From Paraphysomonas bandaiensis (taxonomy: Eukaryota; Protista; Chrysophyceae), in NCBI GenBank assembly GCA_965644295.1, contig CBFFRP010000431.1, positions 124,001 through 188,000 on the forward strand: a stretch of 64,000 nucleotides of DNA, read 5' to 3'. Position 1 is the first letter of the stretch. Every line of letters starts with the position of its first letter. The notes beneath the pieces are model-generated. The model worked only from the letters and a program-made list of their open reading frames with translations. It searched no databases and had not been told where the DNA came from. Positions 27,861-40,696 of this stretch are shown piece by piece. The position numbers were made by a program, and so were the translations under genes.

Positions 27861-28520
27861 AAGCACTTGGCTATGAGTGGGGAGATCAATATCTGCTGAC
27901 AATATATATGCGGTTCACGTTTGTTTCCCAGAGAGAATCTCTCCGGACTTATCTCCCAGAACACCACGAACAGGTGCGAGTCCGACTTTGTTGAGGGAAG
28001 ACTGATAGGTATCATCGTGAGTCAAGGCAAATACAGCAAGTAGAATTCACCAATGAACGAATAATAGAAGAAAAACATTCATTTGATAAATAATATACAT
28101 TGAGGTGATCATAGAAAGAGCTCCATTAAATCGAGAGCAACACACTCTTAGGTAACAAATACAATCGACAGGTAAGCGGTATGGGTAACGTAAAATCTGT
28201 CCTTCCGCATATCGACATTCAGTTGGATAGTTTCAACAAATCGTCCTAATTATTTTATACAATCGTCTTAATATCATGAAGTAAGTTAACACTATTGTCG
28301 GAGCACAGCCACGCCATAAGAATCAAACAATCCCTTTATAATCATATGAACATATAAGATTGTTTTGACTGTCCTATTGTCATTACATTTCATCGTAATC
28401 AGTGTTACACTTAAAGCTTAATACTGATTTTCATTTAAAGAGTGGAACTTAAATCTGTCCATCATAGATACCAAGATATGCATGTACCTACCTATCTTCC
28501 TACCAGTACCTACCGACATA

Positions 28521-28572
28521 TACAGCAGTACAGAGTATACACGCATACATACAGCAGTACAGACTACAGCAG
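28521..28572 (+). promoter_or_regulatory. Triple TACAGCAGTAC cluster upstream of the RluA gene (example of a recurrent upstream motif)
   Basis: TACAGCAG at 28521, 28550 and 28565. The same 8-mer recurs upstream of several other genes. Confidence 0.45.
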
Positions 28573-28693
28573 TACATACCCTTGCTTATGGTGCGTGTAC
28601 ATGTGTCCACTGAATGGTTTGCTTGGTGTAAGCTACGTCGTCAGGTCGAGATGTTACCTCAGATACTAATACATTGATTAATTACTCATAAAA

Positions 28694-29573
28694 ATGTTTC
28701 GTAGTGATTCTCTCCGTAAGTTTCAGATAGGACGAAGATTCTCTAGTTTCAAGGACACAGTTCTCTATGAAGATAAGCAGGTTATCGCTATAAATAAACC
28801 AGCAACAGCACTTGTACAAGGAGATAAGAGTGGAAGCTTTAATCTTTTAGATGCAACAAAAGAATATATAAAATCTATATATCAGAAACCTGGAAATGCT
28901 TTTGTTGGTCTTGTACATCGGTTAGACCGTCCTTGTAGTGGGGTACGTTAGCAGTGATATTAGTATATTGCTACAATGTTTTATACTGTATTTGCATTAG
29001 GTGATTGTGTTTGCTAAAACTTCTAAAGCCGCTGCAAGATTGAGTGAATCGTTTCGGTCACGAATGGTTAATAAGCATTATGTGTGCGTTGTTAATGGGG
29101 CGTTACATGGTAGTGGTACACTGCATCATTCTATAAAAAAGACAAGCATGGAAAAAGTTACTGTGTTAAAAGATCTCTCGCAAGAAGCTCACAACCAAAC
29201 GCTTCGGGGTGCTGTTGAGGCCAAGTTAAAATACAGTGTGCTGGAGAATATTCCAACACCCAATAACAAACACTGCCAGACACAGACACTTGTTCTCATT
29301 GAACTGGAAACTGGCAGAAAACACCAAATACGCGCACAGCTTTCATTTATCGGTCATCCTATTGTTGGGGACATGAAGTACAATGCTCCCCAGTCATTTA
29401 GAGAGAGAGACATATCACTTCACGCCTGTTCGCTGACTTTTCCTCACCCAGTACTCGATAAGAATATAACATGTAGTGCAAGGGTACCAGAGGTGTGGGA
29501 AAAGAGACATGGGAATGTTGTAGTGAGCAGTGTAGATAAATTGATAGCGTCATTGGAAAAATATAACTATTAA
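28694..29573 (+). CDS. RluA/RluD-family RNA pseudouridine synthase, probable mitochondrial targeting, 2 exons
   Basis: VLYED..IAINKP, VHRLDRPCSG (catalytic Asp), ETGRKHQIRAQL..IGHPIVGD.KY, LHA..L.FPHP. Intron 28943-29000. Arg/Ser-rich N-terminus. Confidence 0.92.
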
Positions 29574-30396
29574 TTTTTATAATTTAGCGCTTCGTACTCT
29601 CGGAGAGCTGTGTCTGTGGTGAGACATAATGCTCCTATAGATAAATGACACCGTAGTATGCATTATGCATTGGCTAATTCATTGATTCTTTTCTTACTCA
29701 CTGAGGACTACAGAGTCAAGAACACTAAATGTTATGTGTGTAAGATACAACCCTCTACGTTGCATGCGAAATGTATCAAAATCGAAGGTTAATTAAAAAA
29801 GAAATGTAACAGGGTAATTCTTTGCGCACAATTATATATTTTATGACGTGGTACAAAATACATAACGTCGTAATGTACTACGAATGGGACGTACTTTTTT
29901 CATCAAGCAACCTTAACCCAGCTCTGCACTACAATTTCGTTTATCATTATTTAACCGAAACTTCATAATCTGGAAAACCTTTGTTCTACTCCAAATCTTC
30001 GATTTAGTTTCGTTTTATTAGAACAACTAAATACTAATACTTAGGAGATATTGCCTCTACAAGAAATTTGTTGGCGAGCTAATTCCATATTAGTAAATGC
30101 AACTGTTATTCGCTCTTTAACGTACTTTGTGGTGAATACCATGGCTTATGAAGTTTTAAGTGTAAAGTACTTTTTAAAAATACTGTTAACTTGCTACATG
30201 CTACACAATATCTAACAATCCATGTGCCATAGCAAATATAACTTGTCTTAAAGCTTTGCTGAACTCATTGTAAGTAAACATTGATAAAGTGACTAAAGAA
30301 CTATTGTGTGTACATGTCATAATGACTTGTAACGACTTGCTGAATCGACACTACATTTATACCAATCTCGCATTATTTCTAATATGCACTGGTGGT

Positions 30397-32712
30397 CTAC
30401 AAGTTGCTATGTTCGGATGAATCTGAGAGTCGGACAGATCTTGCACCGGTCCGAACATCCTTGTTCAGTTTTTGCATATACCACGATCTGGCGGATATCT
30501 GAACATTACAAACAAAGTGATGCTAACATATGTCAGAAAGGAAATAAAAATCGTACCTGTAGAGCTACACCAAGACATATTATAGCAAGAAAAAACATAG
30601 CCAAGGATGCCTGTATTTTGCTCACGGGTGCGCCATCCAAACAAGATGGGGACTGCAAAATCAAATTAGAGCTTAATATTGATACGACACTTAATGAACT
30701 ATATGAATTACGCTTGAAGGCATTATACTAACCATGCTGCCATAGGTAGTGCCAAAAGTATGGAGAGAGTAAGCTGTCTTGTCAGGTCCAGGTCGAACAT
30801 ACTTCCAGTAATCCGTTTCCTCTCCTGTGGATATCCGCAAATTGTGTTTGTCAATAACAAATTGTATACCACATTATAAGAGAAATCAAACGCAAACATG
30901 TGATCATATTATCCTGCTGAGTTCTGAATTTTCATGAACAAGAGAGGTGTATTGCTCACCTGGACAATCACCATCAGGTCCAGGGCATTGTCCATTAGGA
31001 CATTTCTCATCATCTTCACAAATACCATCACATAAGCCGTCAGGGTTCGCACAGTAGCCATCTGGGCATACGTAGTCGTCATCACAGTCCTGTTATGCCC
31101 ATCATCAGGATAAAGTACAAATAAATTCGAACTAAGTGCACTACTTTTAGTGCACTGCAATGCGAGTATTGTATAATTCAGTCAGCAAGGTATAAATGAT
31201 GTGAAATGAAAATGAATATAAACTTTAATATCCAGCATTGAATACGACCTCTCCAGGACATCCGCCTTCATGATCAGCACACACTCCCGATGGGCATACG
31301 CCGTACCAGCAGTTCTGGACGAATACTAGTGTTTCGTCGTTTCTAAATTCCACTGGTTGTTCCAAAGCCACAGCAGCTAAAACACGATGCAGTAAGAGCA
31401 TTGTCAGAACGCCTTAGTATGCGTCAGATGAAAAAAACGGATCCGACAATTATAACACAAGAGATAACAACCTGTGACTCCAGCTGATATGAAGAACAAA
31501 AGAAGAGTGGCATCAGCGCATAACTCGATAACTTTCCCATATGTACGAAAAAAAAACAGGTCCACTCTACGTGTTAAGTAATGATACCTGTGAGAGGGTT
31601 GCTATAGTGTATGGAAGTGACAGTATATAACAGTACTACAGGCCACGGCGGAAATAGCAAATGAGTATGGTCAACAGTACAACTGCATCTTATCTAGATT
31701 TGGATAACATAGCAAGAGTAAACTTACTTCGGAAAGGTATACTGTCCGACTGTGAAACCTGAATAGTAAGTGATGAGCACACATGTGTACAGTACAAAGA
31801 TGTATACGATGCGATGACAAGATATTATATGCACGGAGGCGCGCAGCGTCTACCAACATTTTTATGTGCTTGAATTTCAACTACTCACTGGGAATATATT
31901 TTTGGCCGAGGTTGTCAATTGGCAGCAGGTAGACTCCACACATCGCAGCTGAATACACAAACCCAATAACAGAGAGTCCTAAAACCATTTGATAGGGCGT
32001 GAAGTCGAAAGAGCCATGTTGGAAATACTCGTCACAGCGGCGCTAGGTAAACACACGATGGTATTAATGACAATGAAAGTAATATAAGGCAGATACTTAT
32101 TGAAAAGTAACTTTTCCACAAGAATCACTACACAACTTGTACTTCGTATTCACGACTAATGAGGTCACTTACTGGGATCAAATGTTCTGCACTAACAACA
32201 ACTCTATTGATATGCGGTACAGATGCCATGCAACTCATCGATATGAGGCAAAACATTGCAATTAGCACTCGGGTCCAAAATATATTTCTACTCAGGGCAT
32301 CTTTCGGGGTTATCATATCCTTGGTCCCTTCGTACAAAAACAGTGGTACTTCACTGCTAAAATCGATCTCACTCATATCATCTCTAATGTTTTCTGTTTT
32401 GCTTGAGTTATTTAACGATGTTGCAAGTCCATCTACATCTTGTTGATAACGACTAAACAGTTGAACAGATCGCTCATATACATCTCCAGTATTACTATTA
32501 ATCGATACAATATCTGCCTCTGCTTTGGATAGATCTGTTGAGTTTAATTTACGAATACCTTGTTGGATATCGTCGCATAGTCTAGTGATAGTAGTCTGAG
32601 GTGCTGTATCGTTATGTCGTATGGGTGTATTGCAATTCGTACTAATTTCAGTTGCAGTCTCACAGCAATCATTCAAATCATCAAAATCACTTTCTTCTGT
32701 ATTATATTCCAT
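30397..32712 (-). CDS. Four-TM MARVEL/CASP-like membrane protein with Cys-rich insertion, multi-exon
   Basis: Exons encode TRVLIAMFCLISMSCMAS, FDFTPYQMVLGLSVIGFVYSAAM, Cys-rich CPDGYCANPDGLCDGICEDDEKCPNGQCPG, and C....SKIQASLAMFFLAIICLGVALQ-ISARS ending at TAG 30397. Internal exon structure is partly uncertain. Confidence 0.5.
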
Positions 32713-33170
32713 CTTATAATTGATGATATTCTTATCACAGTGTTACTGGGAATTGAAGCGATATATATATACCTCTCTTGTTAAGGTATATATATATATG
32801 TATCTGTATATCTGGCTGCACCATTCCACTCTATGCCCATTACTTGAAAATTTCAAACTCATATCCACGAATCAAATATCTTCTTATATAATTTATAGTA
32901 TTTAATTGGATAATAAAAACAGAGAAGATATTCCAATCAAAAATAGATACTAATATTTTATTGGATATTAGATAGAAGTCGAAGGTTGTTCTCGACAGTA
33001 GCTACATATATGGCTATATGCCTATATGTATACTATACGAAGATTTGGTATAGTAGTCAGTGAATCTATAGCTATATATAAGCACAGTATAGTCTACATA
33101 TAGCCTCTCAGTTCATTCTATAATACACTAAACTCTGACCCTCTACACCTCATATATCAGACCACCTTAT

Positions 33171-34370
33171 ATGTCATCCAAAGAAAATCCTACCACTAAT
33201 AGGATAAATGAAACAAAGAAGAAATACAATGATGATAGTCGACCTCTTTTAGATAGTAGTGAGCATTCTTTATTAGAAATGTGTACCTCATTAACATCAA
33301 TAAACCATACAAATAATCATATATCAAATACAGATCAACCCATACAATCTCATACAGATGATGATGTCTCTTCTCAGGGGATAGATAACGAGGAAAGGTT
33401 TCGATATTATCATCTACGATCAAAACTAGAACCCTCACTTGAACAGTGGTGTCATATATTATTATCATACAAAGCAACGATGTGGTGTCTGATTGGTATC
33501 AGTCTTGCTTATATATCACTACTTATTCGATATGCATATTTGCGGGTGGTCAACAGTCCCACTAATGTCGTGGCGTATCTGATGTGTCATATCATGGCAC
33601 AGTTTTTTGCAGAAATTTTGTGCAAGTTCGCAGTGGTGTATTATGACAAAAGGGTATTGCATTACCGTCGCATGTATTTTAATTTGGGTTCAAAGACAGC
33701 CTTCATATTCGTTATCTTATTTCTGAATTGTGTGGCAACTATCCTAGGATCTGTTGACGACAATCATCCGTCAAGCTTTTCACGGTGTGTTATGACAATT
33801 TGGCGAGGGTTAATATCAGTTTTATGTTTATGTGTCGCTAATGACAATACATACTTTTCTTCTCTCTACCACGAGCACTTCTTTCTCAGGGGCGAAAAGC
33901 GTGTTTACCTTCACTCTACCATTGATTTGGAGAGAGCTGATGATCCGACCTCAGCAATCGTCATCCCAAAATCGTCTAATGATGTTATTATAGCACGTCT
34001 TCAAGAGCTCATGCCGACTTTGACACTTTACTATTGGGTTTTGTCACTGAAGAGTGCATTCAATGTTCTTAACTCTGCAATTTTTTTTATTTTATCTGTT
34101 GGGGTAATTGGACAGTCCAGACGCACGGGTCTCTTTTTCTACAATGTGTTCATGATTATAATAATGTCCGTACTGTCATATACATCGTTTGAGAGTATTA
34201 CTGGATTTAACAAGGTTATTGATCAACTTGGCTTGTCGCTGCAGTCGTTAGATATGAACCTTGGTTTGCATGTGAGAGTGTCTTCCTATGCTGTGGACGA
34301 CAGATTTCTTGCGCTGACAGTTGGAGCAGCACTGCTTCAAGTTGTTCTGAAGACATTTGGAGTGTCGTAG
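33171..34370 (+). CDS. Single-exon multi-pass (about 7 TM) membrane protein, possible gustatory-receptor-like/7TMIC family
   Basis: 399-aa ORF with a hydrophilic ~100-aa N-terminus, no signal peptide, and seven hydrophobic segments. C-terminus VRVSSYAVDDRFLALTVGAALLQVVLK. Confidence 0.65.
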   Translation: MSSKENPTTNRINETKKKYNDDSRPLLDSSEHSLLEMCTSLTSINHTNNHISNTDQPIQSHTDDDVSSQGIDNEERFRYYHLRSKLEPSLEQWCHILLSYKATMWCLIGISLAYISLLIRYAYLRVVNSPTNVVAYLMCHIMAQFFAEILCKFAVVYYDKRVLHYRRMYFNLGSKTAFIFVILFLNCVATILGSVDDNHPSSFSRCVMTIWRGLISVLCLCVANDNTYFSSLYHEHFFLRGEKRVYLHSTIDLERADDPTSAIVIPKSSNDVIIARLQELMPTLTLYYWVLSLKSAFNVLNSAIFFILSVGVIGQSRRTGLFFYNVFMIIIMSVLSYTSFESITGFNKVIDQLGLSLQSLDMNLGLHVRVSSYAVDDRFLALTVGAALLQVVLKTFGVS

Positions 34371-36045
34371 TAAATATAGGAAATTGTCATAAGAACTTAT
34401 AGTGTCATAAAACTGATTACTTAATGTTTTTGTTAAGTTACTACAAGCCTGCATATCAGAACGCTCACGCTGTGATATGCTGTGGTCGAAGGATTTCTAG
34501 CACTACCTGTTGGAATAGCTTTTCTTCACGTTACTCTGAAAACGTTTGAAGTGTGTAGTAGATTTAGCTGGTTGTTGTAATAAAATATGGTGTCGTAGAA
34601 TATATGGCTCAATTTGTTTGTTTAACTCCAACGAGCCTGCGTATCTGTCCACTCACGAGACGATACTATTATTATTGAATCATTACGAGACATAATTTGA
34701 TTGTTGCTTTGCAGTTAATATTCGAAGCTTTTTTCATACGTAGTGTAGAAGAAAAGGACTACTTGACTTCCAATATATATACTATATACATACATGATGT
34801 ACAATGTACCAAAGTAGGAAGTGGTGTCGGGTGTCGTGAGCTAGCTCTATTCAATGAGAGAGGACTAGAAACTTTAACGTCTTTCTTTGTGTATTGCTCA
34901 TACAGGATACGTCTTAGATAGATAGTAATAATAAAAATATATTCGCAGAGCAATGTATGAGAAATTGGTGTGATTATTCTTTTCAAGTCAGATAACTCAT
35001 ATCAAGAAGCAATGGAGGACTAAATAAATTAAAGTAGGTGATAAGTGATAACGCAATACTCAACGAGAGTAAAGTTGCCACTAGATGATTTAGACAAACT
35101 CATCAAAGTCGGACTCGCAGTCTTAAGTTTAAGACTGAATTGATGATGTTGAAGTTGGACTAGATCGGTACTTAACAGACTTGTAATAAACAAAAATAGG
35201 ATAAGCTATTTTTTCGGCTACATTATGTTGATTTTGGCTTAGGATTTTTGGTTTCTAACAATTAGATGAATAAAGTGATAAAATACTTTACTATACGATG
35301 AGCTATCTCAGGATTGTAAATTATTGATAGGATGAAGTGCAATTAATGATGTTAGAATTGTTTTTTTTAGCAATTTAAGTTACTGAATTATAACCCTTAC
35401 TTAATTAATGCAGTAGTCAGCAGGAACAGCATTACTACATGAAAAATAATGATGGGCAGCAAGCTAGTTTGTAAATTTAATGATGGGTAGCACGATAGTT
35501 TAGACAAACTAAATTATATTGGCTATATAGCTCTATAGGATAGTGTCAAACTAGGATTTTATAATTTAGATTGGTAGAGTAGTGAGAATATAAATTTAGT
35601 TAATGACAATAAATAATGATGAGAGATTGTGATTTTACTCATTGACTCTTCAGTGAGTTAAAGTTCAGTTATTTATCTAATGTCAAGCCTTGGCCTTCCC
35701 TAGTTATAAATGTATTGATTTCTTTATTATTGCTGTTGTTGATTAGGAAATCTCCTCCAGTGATAACCCCTCTATTTATTTATTTATTTATTTATTTCGG
35801 CTACAGTTCGTATTTCTTGGACAGTGAATTATAGTGAATTATATATTTTACACATTCTATTTTGGTTGAAAAAGTGTGATGACGACATGTGAAAATAAAT
35901 CACAGGAGGGGTGATACAGCTATTTGCAGTGATAAGTTGAATTTTTTAACACTTTTGCTGACAAAAACAATACTAAATATACAAAAGACCACGGAGTAAG
36001 CATAACTATATTAATGCGCTATATTCTAAAATGACAACGAGTACA

Positions 36046-39000
36046 TCACCACTTCTTAGATTTATATCGAATCGCTTTGGCCGTAATACCCATCAATTTA
36101 ATATGCTCTCGATGAACTTCATTTGAACACAGTGTCCGTAGTGTCTCTGCTGCCGCATCTCGACTTGATTTCGTTCCACTTTCTAGCTCGTGTGCTAGTA
36201 GCGATACTGCATCAGATCGCATGATGGCAGCAGCATTTCCGGGATCTACAGCCAGGTTTCGCAATGTTCCACAGGCTTCTTCTTTAGCGGATGCACCTCC
36301 AGTGCGCAAAACTTGCAATAAATGTTCCAAAGCACCAGCATAAATCACGGCGTATTGATTTTCTTCGTGTTTGTACGAAATGTTTTGAAGAACTCCTGCA
36401 GCAACTGCACGGCAAGTATCATTATCGTACTGAAGCATCTCAATCAGCATCTCAATTCCGCCAGCTTTCGCAATCGCTGCTTTGTTCTCATGTGAATTGA
36501 ATGCTAAATTTCGCAACGCCCTTGCAGCCATAGTCTTGCAATTTATTGGAGAACATCGGAGAATATCAACTAATATTTCAATCGCTCCAGCCGCTGCAAT
36601 AGCAATGCGATTAGATTCGATACATGCCAGGCTCCTCAGGGCTCCTGCAGCCATCTCCTGACACCCATAGTTTCTCTCATTCAGCATATCTACAAGCGGT
36701 AAAATCACTCCTGCTTCTGCTAGCGTAATACTATTTCCATCTTCACCAGATAATATCCCAATGGTAGAAGCTGATGCCTCTCTGACCGCATCACTCTCAA
36801 GTGGTGATAACATTGAAACTAGGTGGGTAGATATTCCATAAGACATTATTTGTGATTTAACTAATTGACTCTCTCGTCCTAAATTTCGAAGAACTGCTAG
36901 GGCTGCAATTTTAGTTTCTGACGTACTCTCATCATCTAGATTACCAACAATATCAGAGACACAGTCTGACTCCAGGATAGCTTTGCGGTATTTCGACACC
37001 CGACAAAAATGACTCAATGAGATTACAGTATATTCACGGCAGTGAATCGATGGGTGAGATAATAATTTTATGAGCCTGTGTAGCACTCCAGCTGCCACCA
37101 GTTCTTCCTTATAATCTTTCTTGTGAAACGCTAGCTGTCTCACTACATCTACTGCAAATTCACAGCATATCTCATCCTCGTGATTCATCATGGCCACGAC
37201 AGGTGAAATCCCATTAGCTTTCACTATGCGAACACAGTTTTCGGCATCCTTAATGATCATCCGAATTATTCCGAGACATGAAGTGGCACACGTTGTGTCA
37301 GTCAATTCTTCCGTTGCGAGGGAGTGAACAGCAGCCACTACAATATCGGCCTCGATTAATCTATCTATATATTTTTCTCCAAGAAAGAAAAGAATGGCAG
37401 AGGCTTTGGATTTGCACTGTGCATTTCCCTCGTGAAGAAGCTGCACAAGAATAGACAACCCGTCGGCATTTGCAATGCGCTCAGCTGTTTCATCCACACT
37501 GGACAACACTTCCAGTATCGACAGCGCGAAGTAGACAGCATCACTGCCCGATAAATTAAGCAGTTTTACGAGTTTCGGAACCATGTCAGAATCAACGAAT
37601 ACATCTTGAACAGCTCTGCTTATAGTACGTTGGCATGACAGCACCTGATGCAATACTCTCAAAGTTGCCAAACGAATCTCACTATTTTCATTCTGTATCT
37701 GTGCGACAAGTTGAGATAACCCCCCCAGTGTGCATATGTTTATCGCATCTTGTTCAGAAAAATGAACACTCATCAATGACCGCGCAGCCATTAGCTGCGC
37801 TGAATGAGCATCGTTACTCAATATATCAACGAGATCACACCCAGCTTCTCGAAGTTCACTGTAAGTAAATCCTAAAGCTACCATTTCTTCTAACGAATGA
37901 CCGTTGAGCACACACTGGCTCGCAATTACACCGAGACATGTACCACATTCACGTAGTTCTGCTAGCGTAAAACCATGCTGATAGAGAAGTGCGGGTGCGT
38001 ACCCTAGACTTATCAACTCCCTTGCAGTAAAATTGCCCTCACGTAGTTGAGATATAGTAAAGCCGTATTCCTTTAATACCAGTGCGTCTAATCCTGCTTC
38101 TTTTAATCCATACAGCAAAGGAAGTTTAGAACTACTTTCGATCTTCTTCGTATTTGCATTGGATGTATCATCACAGTCGTTGATAAGAACACGTACTACT
38201 CCACGTATGGCCGAATCAATATTAGAAATATCAGCGTGAAGTCTACTCCTCTCATCGGCACATGATTCAGATATGCGTCCATCGGCCAAATATGTGTTCA
38301 AAGCTATCTTGAGCGTAGATTCTATTTCGTCCATCGGAAGCAACCGACTTAAACGAGTGAAAACAAACATTACCGTATGAGCAAGATCTGTGGCATCCCA
38401 CGTAATGGTGACTTCAGCATTACCACCTTGAAAGCTGTACCTCACATTCACTCCACCTTGACAATTGGGTACCCCAAGTTGCCTTAATATATAACTCCCA
38501 ATATCACTCGCCAATCCGCTTAACTTAGCCTTCATATGGGCATCAATAACTGCACTCATATACTCCAGCATCTCAATAAAGCGACCCAAACGAACGCTGG
38601 ATGTGTCTTCCATGAATAAGCTCTTAAGCGAAGATCCCCAAAACGATTTCGCTTTTTCAATACTGCTGCGGCACATATTGTCTATTGTTGTGCGCAAACG
38701 ATGCATGTACTCTTCAATATGATTCGCTGGATTTAAACACCCTGACACTTCCACATTTTTCACAGATGTGTCCAGTATACCATGCAGAAGTGGGTTTAAA
38801 ATATCCATGCTGTAAGTTTCCTGAATTTTTGAAAGACCTTTCCTCAAGCAGTCTTCAATAGCAGTCATTACTGCATTCTGTAAATCAAACACTACCTTCG
38901 TGAGAGTTACATCATCCATATCACTGCGAGGTAATATAGGCAGCCCAAGAGCACCGTTAGATATCAATAACTCCTCCTTCTTCCTCAGAAGTTGCTGCAA

Positions 39001-40696
39001 GGTTGCAGGGACCCAATTCTTGCTCATATAATCGAGATACATACGATTCAGCTTTCCAACCAAAGACGCTGTGCCCGCTGTACCAGAGGAGAGCAAGTCG
39101 CTACAACCGTTTCGCTTGAACCAAAGGGGCTCTGACCTGGCCTGACGAACAAGTCTTCCATAGTTAGATTGGTCTTTGGCGAATACGTCCATTCCGGAGG
39201 AGAGGTCATCATCAGGTGCCCCATATGAAGACTCTTCCAATCCATCTGTAAGAGCACTGATGTCATCGTCATTTTCACGTTCATTCACTTGACTTTCTTC
39301 CTCGTCGTGGGGATCATCCCCGGCATTCATTGTGCATACATATCCATGAGGATGAAGGGGAACTGAGCCGACAGAGACATCTTGCATGACACTTCGTCGA
39401 AGTTCACGTATCGCCTTACGACTGATGAGGTCGCATTTCGTAACCACCCCAATAGTACGTGCCTGAAATAGAATACATAAATTATTCTCTGTCGCAATAA
39501 ATATATTTATGTATATGTTTCAAGAAATATATTACACATGCGCGTGCTATGTTCTGGAAGTGCATTGCGTACAGAACAAGTATGAAACCACTGATAGGTG
39601 CCAGAAAAAATATGTACATGATAACATGTGTGGCACTTAAAAAACCCACATGTAGATCGTATTTCTGGACAAACTCCATGGCAGGGGAGCAGGAAAAGCG
39701 GGATCCCGCCTCCACCACAGCCAGAAACAGAGAGTTCGGATTAGATTCAATGTAATGTTCAACTATACACCTCGTATCGGTTGGCAAAGACCCTCCTGCA
39801 GCCACAATGCCAGGCAAATCAATGAGGTCTATGCTAGGTACGTTTGGTGAAGAAACATGCAGCATAAGGTATTGGTCCATACACACACCACCATGCTGAC
39901 CACATTGCTGCTGAATAATGCCAGACATCGCATACTTGACATCCACATGAGCAGCATCCATAGATGGAAGCACAGTAGTCGGCTCAATCTCTTCGTGAGT
40001 GGTTGAGTCCAGTACACTCAATGTCGGCATACAAGGCTCTTCAGCGTATCTTAACTGAACATGAATGGGCAGTCGTGTGCAAATATCCTCTCCACGCGGA
40101 AAGATGGACATCATAGCCAATCGCTCCAATATCGAACTTTTGCCGCTACTCTCGTTACCAATGACAGCCACCTTAGGTGGGTCCCATTTCGGCAATATGT
40201 CAGCTAATAAGGGGCCCAGGGAGTCCAGTTGTTTGAAGATATTACCTAAATATTTTACGGAGATGATTGGGTTTGAAATGTCCATGGTCATTTCGTGCTG
40301 AGGTCTATAAGAATCTAACTGCTTTGATATAGCTGCCAAACACCTGCCTATCTCCTCGTTATCTTGTAGACTAGACCCCATTCTTTCTCTAGTCCATGGA
40401 GATATAATCGGCTGCCCTTTCGATGTGCGATCTTCAAACCATGAAAGTATGGATTTTCTGGAGTATGTATGCCCATCTACATGTATGATATTAATGAAAA
40501 GATGACCTAAACAATAAGATGTAGGCATATATACATATATATACACATACATATATATAGATGCATATATACATATACTGTACATGCCTTCTGCTATGAC
40601 CGGATCCTCTAAGATTTCTTGCGAGATAACATCTATGAGCACAGCCGGTAGATCATAACTATCGCTTAGATCTTTCAATGAAAGAGCTCGAGGCAT
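36046..40696 (-). CDS. U-box + dynamin-family GTPase + 10-residue LxExGFT repeats + armadillo repeats, 3 exons (40588-40696, 39650-40476, 36046-39462)
   Basis: U-box: ISQEILEDPVIAEDGHTYSRKSILSWF..SPWTRE. Dynamin: G1 GNESSGKSS, G2 ICTRLP, G3 LIDLPG, G4 RTIGVVTKCD (restored by splicing). ARM repeats such as AAGALRSLA..NRIAIAAAGAIEILVDIL. Confidence 0.85.

Noticed and set aside
27975-35119. 20/21-nt inverted match ctca(a/t)caaagtcggactcgca at about 27975 and 35099
   Set aside because: Too short and does not extend. It cannot be separated from chance or called a TIR pair.
34450-36000. AT-rich 1.5-kb gap with a short (TTTA)n run
   Set aside because: No RNA gene, ORF or repeat structure could be supported.
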